A DNA stretch of 64,000 nt from the human T2T-CHM13v2.0 reference genome, Homo sapiens, in the NCBI RefSeq assembly GCF_009914755.1, contig NC_060931.1; one strand, written 5' to 3'. Shown here piece by piece: positions 1-17,029 of the stretch. The notes under the pieces are model-generated. The model did no database searches, was not told where the DNA came from, and was given only the letters and a program-made list of their open reading frames with translations. The stretch's first letter is position 1, and every line of letters starts with the position of its first letter. The position numbers were made by a program, and so were the translations under genes.

Positions 1-379
1 TAAACTAACAACATGAAGTTAGCTTAGATAATCCAAATACTCAACAAGACCAAAGAGCCAGGTAGTGTCAGCTGTTTAACATGCCAGTAATCATAACTGT
101 TATCCATCTTGCTAGCAGATTAAAAATAAATAAGTAAAATTAAAAAATATCTTGGCCTTGAGTTTATTAAACTTGAATACTTCATAATTCCTAGAGTTCC
201 CCACTTCCAGCAAACATCAAGCAGCTGCTATGCCCATGTCCTCCTGCCTATGCCTTCTCTTCACACTGTACCTGCTCCTCTGGCTCTACAAATCCCACAT
301 GTCAGTCCTTAAAGGACAACAAAATGATCCCCACTTCACTGGCCCAGTCTTTTCGGTGAGTGTTCCATGATTCATGACT

Positions 380-808
380 TGGTGGTTTAGTTTGGATATT
401 TGTCCCCACCCAAATCTTATGTTGAATTGTAATCCTCAATGCTGGAGGTAGGGCCTGGTGGGAGGTGTTTGGATCATGGGGGTGGATCCCTCATGACTTG
501 GTGCTGTCTTTATGGAAGTGGGTGAGTACTCAAAAGAACTGGTTGCTTAAAAGTGTGTGGCATCCCCGTACCCCACTCGCTTTCTCTCTAGTTCCCACTC
601 CTGCCATGTGAGATGCTTGCTCCTCCCTAACCTTTCAGCATGACTGTAAGCTTCCTGAAGCCCTCACTCAAAACTGAGTAGAATGCTGGTGCCATGCTTC
701 CTGTACAGCCTGCAGAACCATGATCCAATTAAACCTTTTTTCTTATAAATTACCTGGCCCCAGGTATGTTAGAACACCTAAAATAGCAATGCAAGAACAG
801 CCTAATAC
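380..808 (+). mobile_element. MaLR solo LTR (MST-type)
   Basis: Starts TGGTTTAGTTTGGATATTTGTCCCCACCCAAATCTTATGTTGAATTGTAATCC and ends ATAGCAATGCAAGAACAGCCTAATAC, typical MSTA/B LTR ends; ~430 bp. Confidence 0.85.
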
Positions 809-2804
809 TCTTGGTTATGAATTTCACCTCCATATCTTTTATCCTACCCTCTGGACCCAATTAAAATTTATCATTCCTGTGATTCCCATCCCTTCAAGGA
901 CTTATGTGACAATATGGTCATTAACCAAAACATAAGTTCAATGCTTCATCTGTATAATGTGGTATTAATATTTGCATTTGTAACAGAGGACTTCCTGGAA
1001 CAGGCAATGATTAATTCAATACATCTATGTAAAGGCTGAGAATTTCAAATAAAATCATAGAGAAGAATGCTGGAGCAATCTGGCGGCAATGGCCATTTGG
1101 TAGCACCCATTAAAATCACATCCAAAGTGGAGGAAGTTCACTTCACATTTCTCTAAAGGAAATCCTTGGTAAACATTCCAATAGAGGATAGGGTCTTTGG
1201 TAAGATGAATTCTTACCATTTAATATGTTTGCCACTTTATTTAAACTGCATCTGCGACCGTATATTCATATATTCAGCTTTTGAGCCTGGCATATGATAG
1301 AATAGAGAAACTACAAGGTTTTGTTAGGTCACCTTACTCAGTTCCCACCCAGCATATACATTGGACTATAACTAGAAATCTCCTAGATATTCGAATCCTA
1401 TTTCTTATATCGAACAGCCAGTTGATGTATATTGTACACCCAATCCTATTTTTATTTAGGAAGAATCATTAATGATATGAGGAAATTTTTAAGATATAAT
1501 AAATAAAAAGAGCCAATGTTCATAATTGTTATTTTGGATTATAACTACTAAAAGAGGGAGGGGCAGGCATTACCTCTTGATGGTGTGATTACAGGTTAGT
1601 AATGTTTATTCTACCTTCTTTTTAAACATGAACACGGGATGTGTGCATAAATATCATTTTTATTTTAAAAGAAAAGTTATTTAAGATAAATTCTCAATCA
1701 TGGGCTCTTTATAATCCATTTAACTATCAAGCCTTATATAAATTAGTCAACATGACTCATGCATAATGAGCTGAGCTTTACGTATCTGTGGGGTGTTGTT
1801 TATGAACTTAGGGGAACACTTGTTGCCTAAAATTTTTTCTATAAACTCATTCACATCTGGCATCCTTTTAATGAAGGACCAGTTAGTTTTTTCTGTATTT
1901 AGGGCAACTAATGTCCAGTCACAGTATCACAGAGAGGCAAATAATAAATATCATATCCACACTGAAGGTCTGTTCTGAGTGCAAGAAGGAATTGGGTTTT
2001 CTCTCTTTTTTCCCCAGCTCACTAAAGACAATATTGGATGCTGCAAGAAATTAAATCAACATAAGAGGATTCCCATTCTCAGTGAGTTAGGTCCATCATA
2101 AGTCACACTTCATAACCCAGACTAACAAAGAGTTAACATCCTTCTTGCAGTCTCCCCTCTCTCAATTCCCTGAGTACAGGTTTTAGTTCCAAATAGCAAT
2201 TTTTCTAGGGTTTTTTTTCTGCCTGTGAAACCGCAGCCTTATTATCTCTCTGGAACCCATTTCATTGTCTCTCTTCTAAAAATTTTAACTATGAGTTCCA
2301 TCTGCCATCACTGAACTGGAATGTCCTCAAAATGTAAAGCAAGTCCCACTGGGAATTGCCTTAAATAATCATTTGCCTGATAAACAGCAAATCGCAAAAT
2401 GGGTTTTAACTTCTTTAAATTAATAACCAAAAATAAATAAATAAATAAAGAGAGACAGAGTCTTGCTTAGCTCGCACAATAGGCATGTCTGAAATCCCTC
2501 TTTCTTTATCCAATGAGTAAAAGTACCTGTTGAGGGAGCCACAAGACTTCACACTGCATGGCATGGTAGCTCGAGATGCTCCTGTGGTGGGGGTTACACA
2601 GAGGGGGCACCTACGGGAACAGCCACATTTCTGCTGCTTATTGTGAGATCTCAGAGTTCCTCCTTTAAAGCATTTTCCCATAAAGTGTTTATAATTAGAA
2701 TGTTTTGCCCGCCAACACATTTGATGGAAAGGGAAGCGCTCCTTCCCCCTTCTGTGAGCAAGTGGTAGGACAATTCAGATGCTTCAGATACGTAAGAGAC
2801 TTAT

Positions 2805-3280
2805 CATTTATTGAACAATTATTTATCGAGTGCCTACTCTGCATCAGAGCCTGTGCTGGGCACTGGTTAAGTTAAAGTGTAGTACTTAACAACAGATCTT
2901 ACTGTTTGGTAGAAGAGACAAATATTAACAAATAACCATACAAAGAAATGCACAATTGCAACTGTGACTAGGGTTATGAAGGAGTGGTCTATGATATACA
3001 AGAGCCTGTAAGTGAAGGATTTGTTCTATCAAGAGGTGTGAAAGCAAAAAAAAAGAGATCCTTAATCCAAGATCTGAAGGGTAAGTAGGGGATTATTACT
3101 CCAAAAAAGGGAAATGAGATTTAAGCCAGAAGAGAAACCTCTGTACCTTGTGCAAAAACCCTTCTGTAGGAGGGAGCATCCCAAGTCCTGGAAATGAGAG
3201 GACAACCATGCTGGCTGCAGCACAAAGAGTGATAGTGATGGAGGTCATTTTTGTCATGTAGACAAATGTTAAAGGGTTTT
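2805..3280. mobile_element. L2 remnant (degenerate)
   Basis: ATTTATCGAGTGCCTACTCTGCATCAGAGCCTGTGCTGGGCACTGG resembles the L2 3' terminus; boundaries approximate. Confidence 0.6.
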
Positions 3281-3289
3281 GCTTTTGTA

Positions 3290-3480
3290 ATTTTTATTTA
3301 GAGATGATTTTAGGCTTATAGAAGAGTTTTAAAGATACTACAAAGAGTTCCCATATTCCCTTTACTTGAGCTTCCCTAATGTTGACAAATTATATCACTA
3401 TGGTACCTTTACCAAAACTAAGAAATTACTATTTGCAAATATTATAACTAAAGTAGAGAGTTTATTCAGATTTTAACAGT
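3290..3480 (-). mobile_element. Old L1M (L1MC-like) 3' end fragment
   Basis: TTTTAGGCTTATAGAAGAGTT...AGAGTTCCCATATTCCCTTTAC resembles an antisense L1MC 3' UTR. Confidence 0.55.
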
Positions 3481-3529
3481 TATTCTGGTCCTGAAATAGA
3501 CAGGAGGCACCAGTGGAAAATATTGTTAA

Positions 3530-4429
3530 AAAATTGTTAATCTTGCCATACCCTAATTGAAGAGGACTGGTAAATAACAGTACAAACAGGAGCCAACACC
3601 ACTGACATCTCAACTGGTTCAGCTTACACTAATTCGACTGAAAAGTTAAAGTTGGGCAAACTTTCCATTCAATGAGTGCCAAAACCATTGTGTCCGAATC
3701 AGCTGCAGCCAAAGGCAGTGCTTTCAATAAAAATTTTAAACAAATGGGATGAAGATCCCAAAGCATTTATTCAAATAATTGTAACAGAAGAAAAAAAAAC
3801 ATGGCTTTACCAATACAATCCTAAAGACAAAGCACAATCAAAGTAGTAGCAACTGAGAGGTGGAAGTGGTCCAGTCACAGCAACAGCAGACTGTTCAAGA
3901 GCAAAGGTCACAGCAACAGTTTGGGGGATGCTCAAGGCATTCTGCTTGTTGACTTTCTGAAAAGCCAAAGAACAATAGCATCTGCTGATTATAAGAGTAT
4001 TTTGAGAAAGTTAGCCAAAGCTTTAGCTGAAAAATGCCTGGGAATGCTTCACCAGAGACTTTCTCTACAATGACATTGTTCCCGCTCATTATTTTCATAA
4101 AATAAGGCAATTTTGTGAAAGTTTTGAGGGGAAATCATTAGCTATCACCTTCCAGTCCTGATTTGGCTCCTTATAACTTCTTCTTCTTTCCTAATCTTTA
4201 AAAAAATCTTTAAAGAAAATCCATTTTTCTTCAGCTAATAATGTCAAAAAGGTCTGCTTCAACATGGTTAAATCCCCAGAATCCTCAGTTCTTTAGGAAT
4301 GAACTAATGTTATCACTTACAAAAGTGTCTTGAATTTAATGGGGGTTATGTTGAGGAATAAAGTTTACATATTTTATTATATTTTATCTTTTATTTCCAT
4401 ATTTCCAAAAATTGTTTGAAGTCCCCTCA
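3530..4429 (+). mobile_element. Hsmar2 mariner DNA transposon, 5'-truncated, decayed transposase
   Basis: Degenerate mariner motifs: (W)VPK at ~3675, IVT(G)(D)(E)TWLYQYNPKDKAQSK at ~3778-3843, SPDLAP at ~4154; 3' end TTTGAAGTCCCCTC resembles the Hsmar2 TIR. Confidence 0.8.
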
Positions 4430-5023
4430 AAACTCTCAAAACTCAACTGTTATAAAAAACATACAGTCCAGTTAGAAAATTATCAAAGTACATACAGAGA
4501 CATTTCACCAACGTGATTGTACAGATGGCAAATAAACTCATGAACATACGTTCGGCATCCTTATCCAGTAGGGTTATGCAATGAGAAATCTCTACATACC
4601 AATCAGAATGGCTAAAATTGTTTAAAAAGTGAGAACATACTTTTAAATGTTAATGAGGATGGAGAGAAATTAGATCACTAATACATTGCCAGTGGAAATA
4701 TACAATGGTATAGTCTTTTGGAAACTGCCTGAAAAACACTTCGGCAATTTCTTTAAAAAATAAACATACGGGGAGGAGCCAAGGTGGCCGAATAGGATCA
4801 GCTCCAGTCTACAGCTCCCAGGGTGAGCGACGCAGAAGACGGTGATTTCTGCATTTCCATCTGAGGTACGGGGTTCATCTCACTAGGGAGTGCCAGACAG
4901 TGGGCGCAGGCCAGTGGGTGCGCGCACCGTGCGCGAGCCGAAGCAGGGCGAGGCATTGCCTCACTTGGGAAGCGCAAGGGGTCAGGGAGTTCCCTTTCCG
5001 AGTCAAAGAAAGGGGTGATGGAC

Positions 5024-5218
5024 TCACATGGAAAATCGGGTCACTCCCACCCGAATATTGCGCTTTTCAGACCAGCTTAAAAAACGGCACACCACGAGAC
5101 TATATCCCACACCTGGCTCGGAGGGTCCTACGCCCACGGAATCTCGCTGATTGCTACCACAGCAGTCTGAGATCAAACTGTGAGGCGGCAGTGAGGCGGG
5201 GGGAGGGGCGCCCGCCAT
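5024..5218 (-). CDS. L1 ORF0 (antisense), 64 aa, slightly C-terminally truncated
   Basis: MAGAPPPASLPPHSLISDCCGSNQRDSVGVGPSEPGVGYSLVV...; ATG (CAT 5216-5218); matches primate L1 ORF0, which is normally 71 aa. Confidence 0.8.
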   Translation of the reverse strand: MAGAPPPASLPPHSLISDCCGSNQRDSVGVGPSEPGVGYSLVVCRFLSWSEKRNIRVGVTRFSM

Positions 5219-5673
5219 TGCCCAGGCTTGCTTAGGTAAACAAAGCAGCCTGGAAGCTTGAACTGGGTGGAGCCCACCACAGCTCAAGGAGGCCTGCCTG
5301 CCTCTGTAGGCTCCACCTCTGGGGGCAGGGCACAGACAAACAAAAAGACAGCAGTAACCTCTGCAGACTTAAATGTCCCTGTCTGACAGCTTTGAAGAGA
5401 GCAGTGGTTCTCCCAGCACGCAGCTGGAGATCTGAGAACCGGCAGACTGCCTCCTCAAGTGGGTCCCTGACCCCTAACCCCTGAGCAGCCTAACTGGGAG
5501 GCACCCCCCAGCAGGGGCACACTGACACCTCACAAGGCAGGGTATTCCAACAGACCTGCAGCTGAGGGTCCTGTCTGTTAGAAGGAAAACTAACAAACAG
5601 AAAGGACATCCACACCAAAAACACATCTGTACATCACCATCATCAAAGACCAAAAGTAGATAAAACCACAAAG

Positions 5674-6690
5674 ATGGGGAAAAAACAGAACAGAAAAACT
5701 GGAAACTCTAAAACGCAGAGCGCCTCTCCTCCTCCAAAGGAACGCACTTCCTCACCAGCAACGGAACAAAGCTGGATGGAGAATGACTTTGACAAGCTGA
5801 GAGAAGAAGGCTTCAGATGATCAAATTACTCTGAGCTACGGGAGGACATTGAAACCAAAGGCAAAGAAGTTGAAAACTTGGAAAAAAATTTAGAAGAATG
5901 TATAACTAGAATAACCAATACAGAGAAGTGCTTAAAGGAGCTGATGGAGCTGAAAACCAGGGCTCGAGAACTACGTGAAGAATGCAGAAGCCTCAGGAGC
6001 CGATGCGATCAACTGGAAGAAAGGGTATCAGCAATGGAAGATGAAATGAATGAAATGAAGCGAGAAGGGAAGTTTAGAGAAAAAAGAATAAAAAGAAATG
6101 AGCAAAGCCTCCAAGAACTATGGGACTATGTGAAAAGACCAAATCTACGTCTGCTTGGTGTACCTGAAAGTGATGGGGAGAATGGAACCAAGTTGGAAAA
6201 CACTCTGCAGGATATTATCCAGGAGAACTTCCCCAATCTAGCAAGGCAGGCCAACGTTCAGATTCAGGAAATACAGAGAACGCCACAAAGATACTCCTCG
6301 AGAAGAGCAACTCCAAGACACATAATTGTCAGATTCACCAAAGTTGAAATGAAGGAAAAAATGTTAAGGGCAGCCAGAGAGAAAGGTCAGGTTACCCTCA
6401 AAGGGAAGCCCATCAGACTAACAGCGGATCTCTCGGCAGAAACCCTACAAGCCAGAAGAGAGTGGGGGCCAATATTAAATATTCTTAAAGACAAGAATTT
6501 TCAACCCAGAATTTCATATCCAGCCAAACTAAGCTTCATAAGTGAAGGAGAAATAAAATACTTCACAGACAAGCAAATGCCAAGAAATTCTGTCACCACC
6601 AGGCCTGCCCTAAAAGAGCTCCTGAAGGAAGCACTAAACATGGAAAGGAACAACCAGAACCAGCCACTGCAAAATCATGCCAAAATGTAA
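5674..6690 (+). pseudogene. L1 ORF1p (338 codons) with premature stop
   Basis: ATGGGGAAAAAACAG at 5674; TGA at 5818-5820 (codon 49, CGA>TGA CpG decay); downstream frame open with REKG, ARR, YPAKLS motifs to TAA 6690. Confidence 0.95.
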
Positions 6691-6753
6691 AGACCATCGA
6701 GACTAGGAAGAAACTGCATCAACTAACGAGCAAAATCACCAGCTAACATCGTA

Positions 6754-10578
<3,825 letters not shown>

Positions 10579-11469
10579 ACAATGAGATCACATGGACACA
10601 GGAAGGGGAACATCACACTCTGGGGACTGTGGTGGGGTTAGGGGAGTGGGGAGGGATAGCACTGGGAGATATACCTAATGCTAGATGACGAGTTAGTGGG
10701 TGCAGCGCACCAGCATGGCACATGTATACATATGTAACTAACCTGCACAATTTGCACATGTACCCTAAAACTTGAAGTATAATAAAAAAAAAAACCAAAA
10801 AAATAATAAAAAATAAAAAAATCAAAAATAAACATACAACTACCATATGACCTGGAAATTGCAATCCTGGGCATTTTTTCCCAGGGAAATAGAATTATCT
10901 TTACATATAAACCTGTAAACAAATGTATATAGCAGCTTTATTTGTAATAACCAAAAACTGAAAACAGCTCCAATGTCCTTTAATAGGTTAATGGTTAAAT
11001 AAACCATGGTATATCATATTATGAAGTACTATTCAGCAATAAATGGTTATGAATTATTCAAACAACCACCTGGATAACTCTCCAGAAAACCACAGAGAGG
11101 GGATAAAAGTCCAATCCCAAATGGTCATATTTGTGTTGTATAATTCCATTTATACTGTATAATTCCATTTATACAACATTATTGAAATGTCAAAATTATA
11201 AAAATGGAGAATAGATTAGTGATTGCCAGGGTTTAAAAAAATGTCAAGTGTGAGAGGGAAGTGAGAATAGGGAAAAATGAGGTAATAGTAGTGATGAACT
11301 GTTCTATATCTTGACTGTACCAGTGTTAATGTCTTGGTTGTGATATTGCAGTATAGTTTTCAATATGTTGCAATTGGGGGCAACTGGGTTTATGTTACAC
11401 AGAATCTCTCTGTAATGTTTCCTATAAATGTATGTATATATACATTCATCTTAAAGTAAAAAATATTTT

Positions 11470-13780
11470 TTAAAAAATATGACAATTGTACAATGACAGT
11501 TGGAAGAACAAGAGAAATATTTTGTTGTAGGATCTCTGTATAATACATAAGGTGGTATGCATTAGTGAAGTACAGTGCAAACCTTAAAGGGCCTATTAAG
11601 AAAATTAAACAATGGGGTATATATAATAATTTAGTACAGAATATGAAATGAAATCATAAAAGATAACCAATGACAAAGCATAAAAACAAAAAAACAGGAA
11701 GAAGGAATAGATCGAAAACATAAAAAACGATTATGCTGGTACAACTAACACTTAGAGTAACAATGTATTAATGTAAATGGTCTAAATTCACCAAAGGCTG
11801 GATAAATAATCTAGACTTCACCAAAATCCATTTATAAAACTCAACTCAATTATAAATTGGTTAATATTTATGAGTATATATAAACTCACTTTAAACATAA
11901 GCATAAATATAACTTTACAATAAGTAAAATTACAAAATAAATTCTAAGCTTATATACATTTCAAAAAAGGCAGTATAATTTTGTTAAAATCAATGTATAA
12001 CTCAGAACAGGGACTATTACTAGTGGTAAAGGAGGTCATTTCATAATAAAGGCATTAATTCGTCAGGAGGAAATAGTAATTCAATGTCTATGCACCTAAC
12101 AATAAACCTTAAAACTACTAAAAATGGATATAAAAGGAGCTATAGACATATGCCAAACTACATTTGGAGATTTCAACAGCTCTCTTTTAACTGACACATC
12201 ACAAAAATGACAATTAGTAAAAATAAAAATATAGAGAACAATAACATTATTAAGAAAATTGACTTAATAGAGTTTAGAATATTAAACTCATATTCTTTTT
12301 GGAATGTTAACTAAAATAGATCATGATATTGGCCATAAAACAAAGCTCAATATATTTGAAGTGATTGAAATCATGTGGTGTGTTATCTGACTGGAAAATA
12401 ATAAATTATAAATCAACAGCAGTAGGATATATGGAGTATCCCAGATATATAGAAAATAAACAACAAATTTTTATATAATTTATGGGTAAAAGAAGATATC
12501 AAAAGTTAAAAATATGTTGAATGGAATAAAAATGACAACATAACATCAAAAAACATGTTGGATGCAGCTAAAATAATGCTTGTATCCAGTAAAACAGTAA
12601 AAAAAGTTCACAAGCACACTAATCTTCACATTAAGCACAAAATAACACCAAAGAAATTGAAAGCAGTGGTTCACTGACAATGAAACCTGAAAACAGCTCA
12701 ACACTTGCCTAGATTAACTTAACTTGCCACACTGAAAGTCTATCAGAAGAAGCATGCACATCTCAGGCATAAATACTCATTATTTTAGTTCTCAGTTCTA
12801 CTATATGCTCAATACTCAACCAAAAGTTATGAGACACCCAAAATGCAGATAGAAAACAATACATAGTCAAGGGGCAAAATAATCAGCACAACCAGACTCA
12901 GAGATAATTGAGATGTTGGAATTTCAGAGAGGTATTTAAAAATAACTGAGTAATGTGTTCAAGTCTCTAGTAGAAGAAACTGATAACATGTAATATTATG
13001 TGGGAAATTACAACAAAAATGGAAACCATAAAAATAATTTTAAAATACTGTAAATAAAAAACATGTTACCAGAGATGAAGACTCACTTTGACAGACTTGG
13101 TAGCTAACTCAAAGCAACTCAGGAAAGAATCTGGGAATTTGCAGATTTGTTAACAGAAATTACTCAAACTTAAGCCAAGGGAAAAAAAAGTAAAAAAAAA
13201 AAAAGAGCATCTCGTGTTGTTGGACAATATCAAAATGTTTAACATACATGTAATCCATCCCAAAATAAAAGGAAAAAGAGTGAGGCAGAAAAATATCTGA
13301 AGGGATAATGGTTGAGAATTATTTTAAAAATTACAAAATACATCAAACTACAGATATAAGAGATTTTGGGAACTCCAAGCAGGATAAATAACGAATGAAA
13401 TAAAACACACATACACACTTAAACATATCATATTCCAGTAGCTCAAAACCAAAAGATAAAGGGAATATGTTGAAGGCATTCAGGGGGTAAAGTGGTAAAA
13501 GATATACACAAGAAGAAAAGGGAGAATTCCAGCAGACTTCTTGTCAAAAATTATACAAGCCTTAAGTAAAATGATCACCATGACTAAAGCACCGAAAGTA
13601 AAATACTGTGCACCCCAAATTTTATGCATAGTGAAAATACCTTTAATAAATGCAAAAGAAATTGGGATAACTTTAGACAAACAAAAATTGATAATTCATT
13701 GCCAGCAGACCTGCACTATAAGAAACATTTTTAAAAATGCCCTCAGGAAGACCAGAACATATCAGAAAAAAATTTAGATC
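11470..13780 (+). mobile_element. Ancient L1M fragments (ORF2 EN region, then ORF1-like region of another copy)
   Basis: A-rich decayed L1 sequence: AATGTAAATGGTCTAAAT, GGAGATTTCAACAGCTCTC, CAGCAGACTTCTTGTC, CAGCAGACCTGCACTA. Confidence 0.65.
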
Positions 13781-13782
13781 TG

Positions 13783-14050
13783 TCAGCAAACTAACAGAGG
13801 AACAGAAAACCAAACACCACATGTTCTCTTCCATAAGTGGGAGTTGAGCAATGAGAACACATGGACACAGAGAGGGGAACAACACACACCAGATCCTGGT
13901 AGCGGGTGACAGGGTGAGGGGAGGGAACTTAGAGGGCGGGTCAATAGGTGCAGCAAACCACCATGGCACACGTATACCTATGTAAAAAACCTGGACATTC
14001 TGTACATGTATCTTGTTTTTTTCTTTTTTAGAAGAAATAAAGAAAAAAAA
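13783..14050 (+). mobile_element. 5'-truncated L1PA (older primate) 3' end
   Basis: CAGCAAACTAACAGAGGAACAGAAAACCAAACACC...GGTGCAGCAAACCACCATGGCACACGTATACC plus A-rich tail. Confidence 0.85.
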
Positions 14051-14204
14051 TCAGGATGATCAAAAAAACTTTATATCTGTACAAATAAATAAAAATTTCT
14101 GGAAATGATTAATTACAAATGTAAATATAAAAGATGTTCTAAAATGCATTAATTGCTGTAAAATATATTTTATTATTTATTTTATATATAATATATATTT
14201 TAAT

Positions 14205-14502
14205 TGTTTTTAGAGACAGTGTCTCACTCTGGTGCCCAGGCTGAAGTGCAGTGGCATGATTATAGCTCACTGCAGCTTTGAACTCCCAGTCTCAAGCAAT
14301 CTTCCTGCCTCCCAAGTAGCTGAGTCTACAGGAATGCACCACAATGCCTGACTGATTATTTTTTTTATTTTTTTTTCTCTTTTGTAGAGACAGAATCTTG
14401 CTTTGTTGGCCAGTCTAGTCTCGAACTCCTGGGCTCAAATGAGCCTCCTGCCTTGGCCTCCAAAAGTGCTGGGATTACAGGTGTGAGCCCCCATGCCTGG
14501 CT
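14205..14502 (-). mobile_element. Alu (AluJ-like)
   Basis: GAGACAGTGTCTCACTCTG...CAAAAGTGCTGGGATTACAGGTGTGAGC; dimeric, diverged. Confidence 0.9.
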
Positions 14503-14989
14503 TTTAAAAGAAATTTTACTGCCTAACATGTAAAGTTACTTAAATGTATTTTAAGTTTATAAGTATATAAAAATAGCATAGATGACAAAAATAGCACAAA
14601 AAATAGGAGAGAGAAATCTGTGATTTGTAAAATTCTGGGTTTTTTCTCTTCTCTTTTTTTAAATTTTTTCATATCAAATGGGTAATGTACTAATGTCATA
14701 ATAAGATGTAAGAAAGGCACATCTCACTTATGAGTTAAAAAACCCAGTCATCACATGTATAAGCTGCAAAATGATCTGTAAGAATCTTATAATATATACA
14801 AAACCATATAATATTCAAATCAATATTATAATTAATTAAAGATGCATATTGTAAACTTTAGGGTACAAATTAAATTTTTAAAGAGATATGAATAATAACC
14901 TATAAATTGAGATTTAAATAAACTCTTATGAAACAAAATTACTCCAAATGCTATCAGGAAGAAAGAGAAATAAAGCAACAAGAAACAGA

Positions 14990-15980
14990 ACATATAGTGT
15001 GTTTATGGTAATCTAAGATTTGTTCAACATTTGAAAATTATTCAACGTAATTTACCAAGTCAACATAAATAGAAAGAAAAGTTTGATCATCTCAATAGAT
15101 GGAAGGAAAACATTTAACAGCTTTTTACATTCATCAAAGTTAAAATGTCAGCAAAGCTGGAAGCGAACTTTCTCAACTTGTGAAACGTATACGCCAAAAA
15201 ACAATAACAACAACAAAGAAAAACCCAGGTAAAATTATATAAACAGTGACAGACTGAATGTATTTCCCCCAAAATCAAGAACGAAGCATGCATGTCTGCT
15301 CTCACCACTTTTACTCACTATCATACTAAAAACTCTAGCCAATGCAATCAGAGCAGAAAAATAAATTAAAAACTTGCATATATAAAATGAAAAAATAAAC
15401 TTTCACTTGAAGATCAATGATGGTTTATGTAGAAAATCTCTAATATTCTGTATTAAAACACTACTAGAACTAATGAGTTCAAGGTCATGGGATACAAGAT
15501 AGGTATGCAAAATAATCTGTTTTATTTATGTATACTATTATTAGAAATTAAAATAGAAATAAAACAGTTTTAAACAATAGTAAAAAAGAAAAAAGTTATC
15601 AATCTAAAAAAAATCTGTATGATCTGTATATGGAAAACTAAATATTACTGATTAAAAAACTCAGAAGAGACTTAAATAAATGGTGAAAAAAAAAGTCAAA
15701 CCAAGACTATTTCTCCATAATTCCACATTTTGTAAATTCTAGAGAGTGAAACTATTTTTCAGTGACAGAAAGCAGACCAGTGATTGCCTAGGGATGGAGT
15801 TAAATAAAGATTGGGATAGATTAAGGAGGGTGGAAGGAAACTTTAGGGAGTAATGAAAACGTTATTTTGATTGTGACGGTGGTGTCACAAGTGTAAACAG
15901 ATGTCAAAATTAAATAAATTGTATACTTTGACTGTACAATGTAGTTCATTATATATCAATTATCCTATAACTCATGAAAA
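14990..15980 (+). mobile_element. Ancient L1M ORF2 (RT region) and 3' fragments
   Basis: TGATCATCTCAATAGATG, CTAGCCAATGCAATCAG, ACTACTAGAACTAATGAGTTC, GATTGCCTAGGG. Confidence 0.65.
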
Positions 15981-16404
15981 AAGAAAAGCTGTGTTTCTAT
16001 ATAAGTCAATTTGTAAATAAAAACTATATTGGTTGTTTCTTAGCCAGAAACTCTTACAAATGTTACATTTATTAGTGAACTTTGAAATGCAGAATTAAGG
16101 GACCAAAAATTCAGCAACAAACATTCAAATTTATGAAAAAATTTTGATCCTACTGTATGCAAAATTCAAAGGTCAAATACCTATGAATAAAAGATGTAAT
16201 TAAATGAAAAAATGTGATCTAAGAAAAGTTATGGGACATTATTTTGCTGATGTAAAGATGCTATGAGAATAATAGGTCTTCTAGTTTGTGCTTGTAAACT
16301 ACATTTGCCAAAAACCTGATACTCAGTTGTAGCTGATTTAGAAATATAGGAAGGCACTTCTCTTGATTTTCTTTATTTTACAGTGTAGGTCCCTCTGCCT
16401 GGAG

Positions 16405-16670
16405 CAACAGTGTTTAGCCCTGGCTATACATCAGTACAGACAATGATACTTTTAAAAATAAAAATTTCAAAGGTGCACCCACAGAGGTTCTGAATTAGTA
16501 GGACTGGCATCCAGCTCAGATATCTGGAGGTTTAAAGTACTCTCTTGGAGGTGATAATGTACTCTTTTGGAGTACTCTCTTGGAGGTGATAATGCCCCAT
16601 TATCACCTCTTGGTGATAGTACTCTCTTGGAGGTGATAATGCCCCATCATGGTTGACAATCATTGTCCTT
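16405..16670. mobile_element. MER5-like hAT-Charlie remnant carrying a templated insertion
   Basis: CACCCACAGAGGTTCTGAATTAGTAGG...GGTGATAATG...GGTTGACAATCATTG resembles MER5. Confidence 0.55.
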
Positions 16671-16980
16671 AAAAGAGCAAGGATCCAAAGTCAAGTTAGC
16701 ATGTGATTGTCATCCAAAGATAGCCATCCATATTGGAGTCTTCAAGGCACCCTAGAAAAGTTTTGACTCTACCAGAAGGGATACAAGCTGCTCAAATCTG
16801 GATGGAGAACTTGGGATATAAAAATAAAAGCTAACATTTAAAGACTGGGAAAATGGTGAAGTATTTTATTTTGACATACTTATGTATTTCAGTTTTTATG
16901 TAATTATTTCATCACAATGTTTATGCTTTGATTTTTATTAAAGATATTAAAGAGATTTTTGAAATAACCAAGTGGAATGA

Positions 16981-17029
16981 TCTCTCTCTGTTTCTCTCTC
17001 TCTCTCTCTCTCTGACCTTCTCTCTCTCA
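16981..17029. repeat. (CT)n microsatellite, interrupted
   Basis: Visible TCTCTC run. Confidence 0.9.

Noticed and set aside
16536-16641. Three 24-bp direct repeats resembling a mini CRISPR array
   Set aside because: Eukaryotic context, no cas genes, and the 'spacers' are themselves copies or inversions of the repeat
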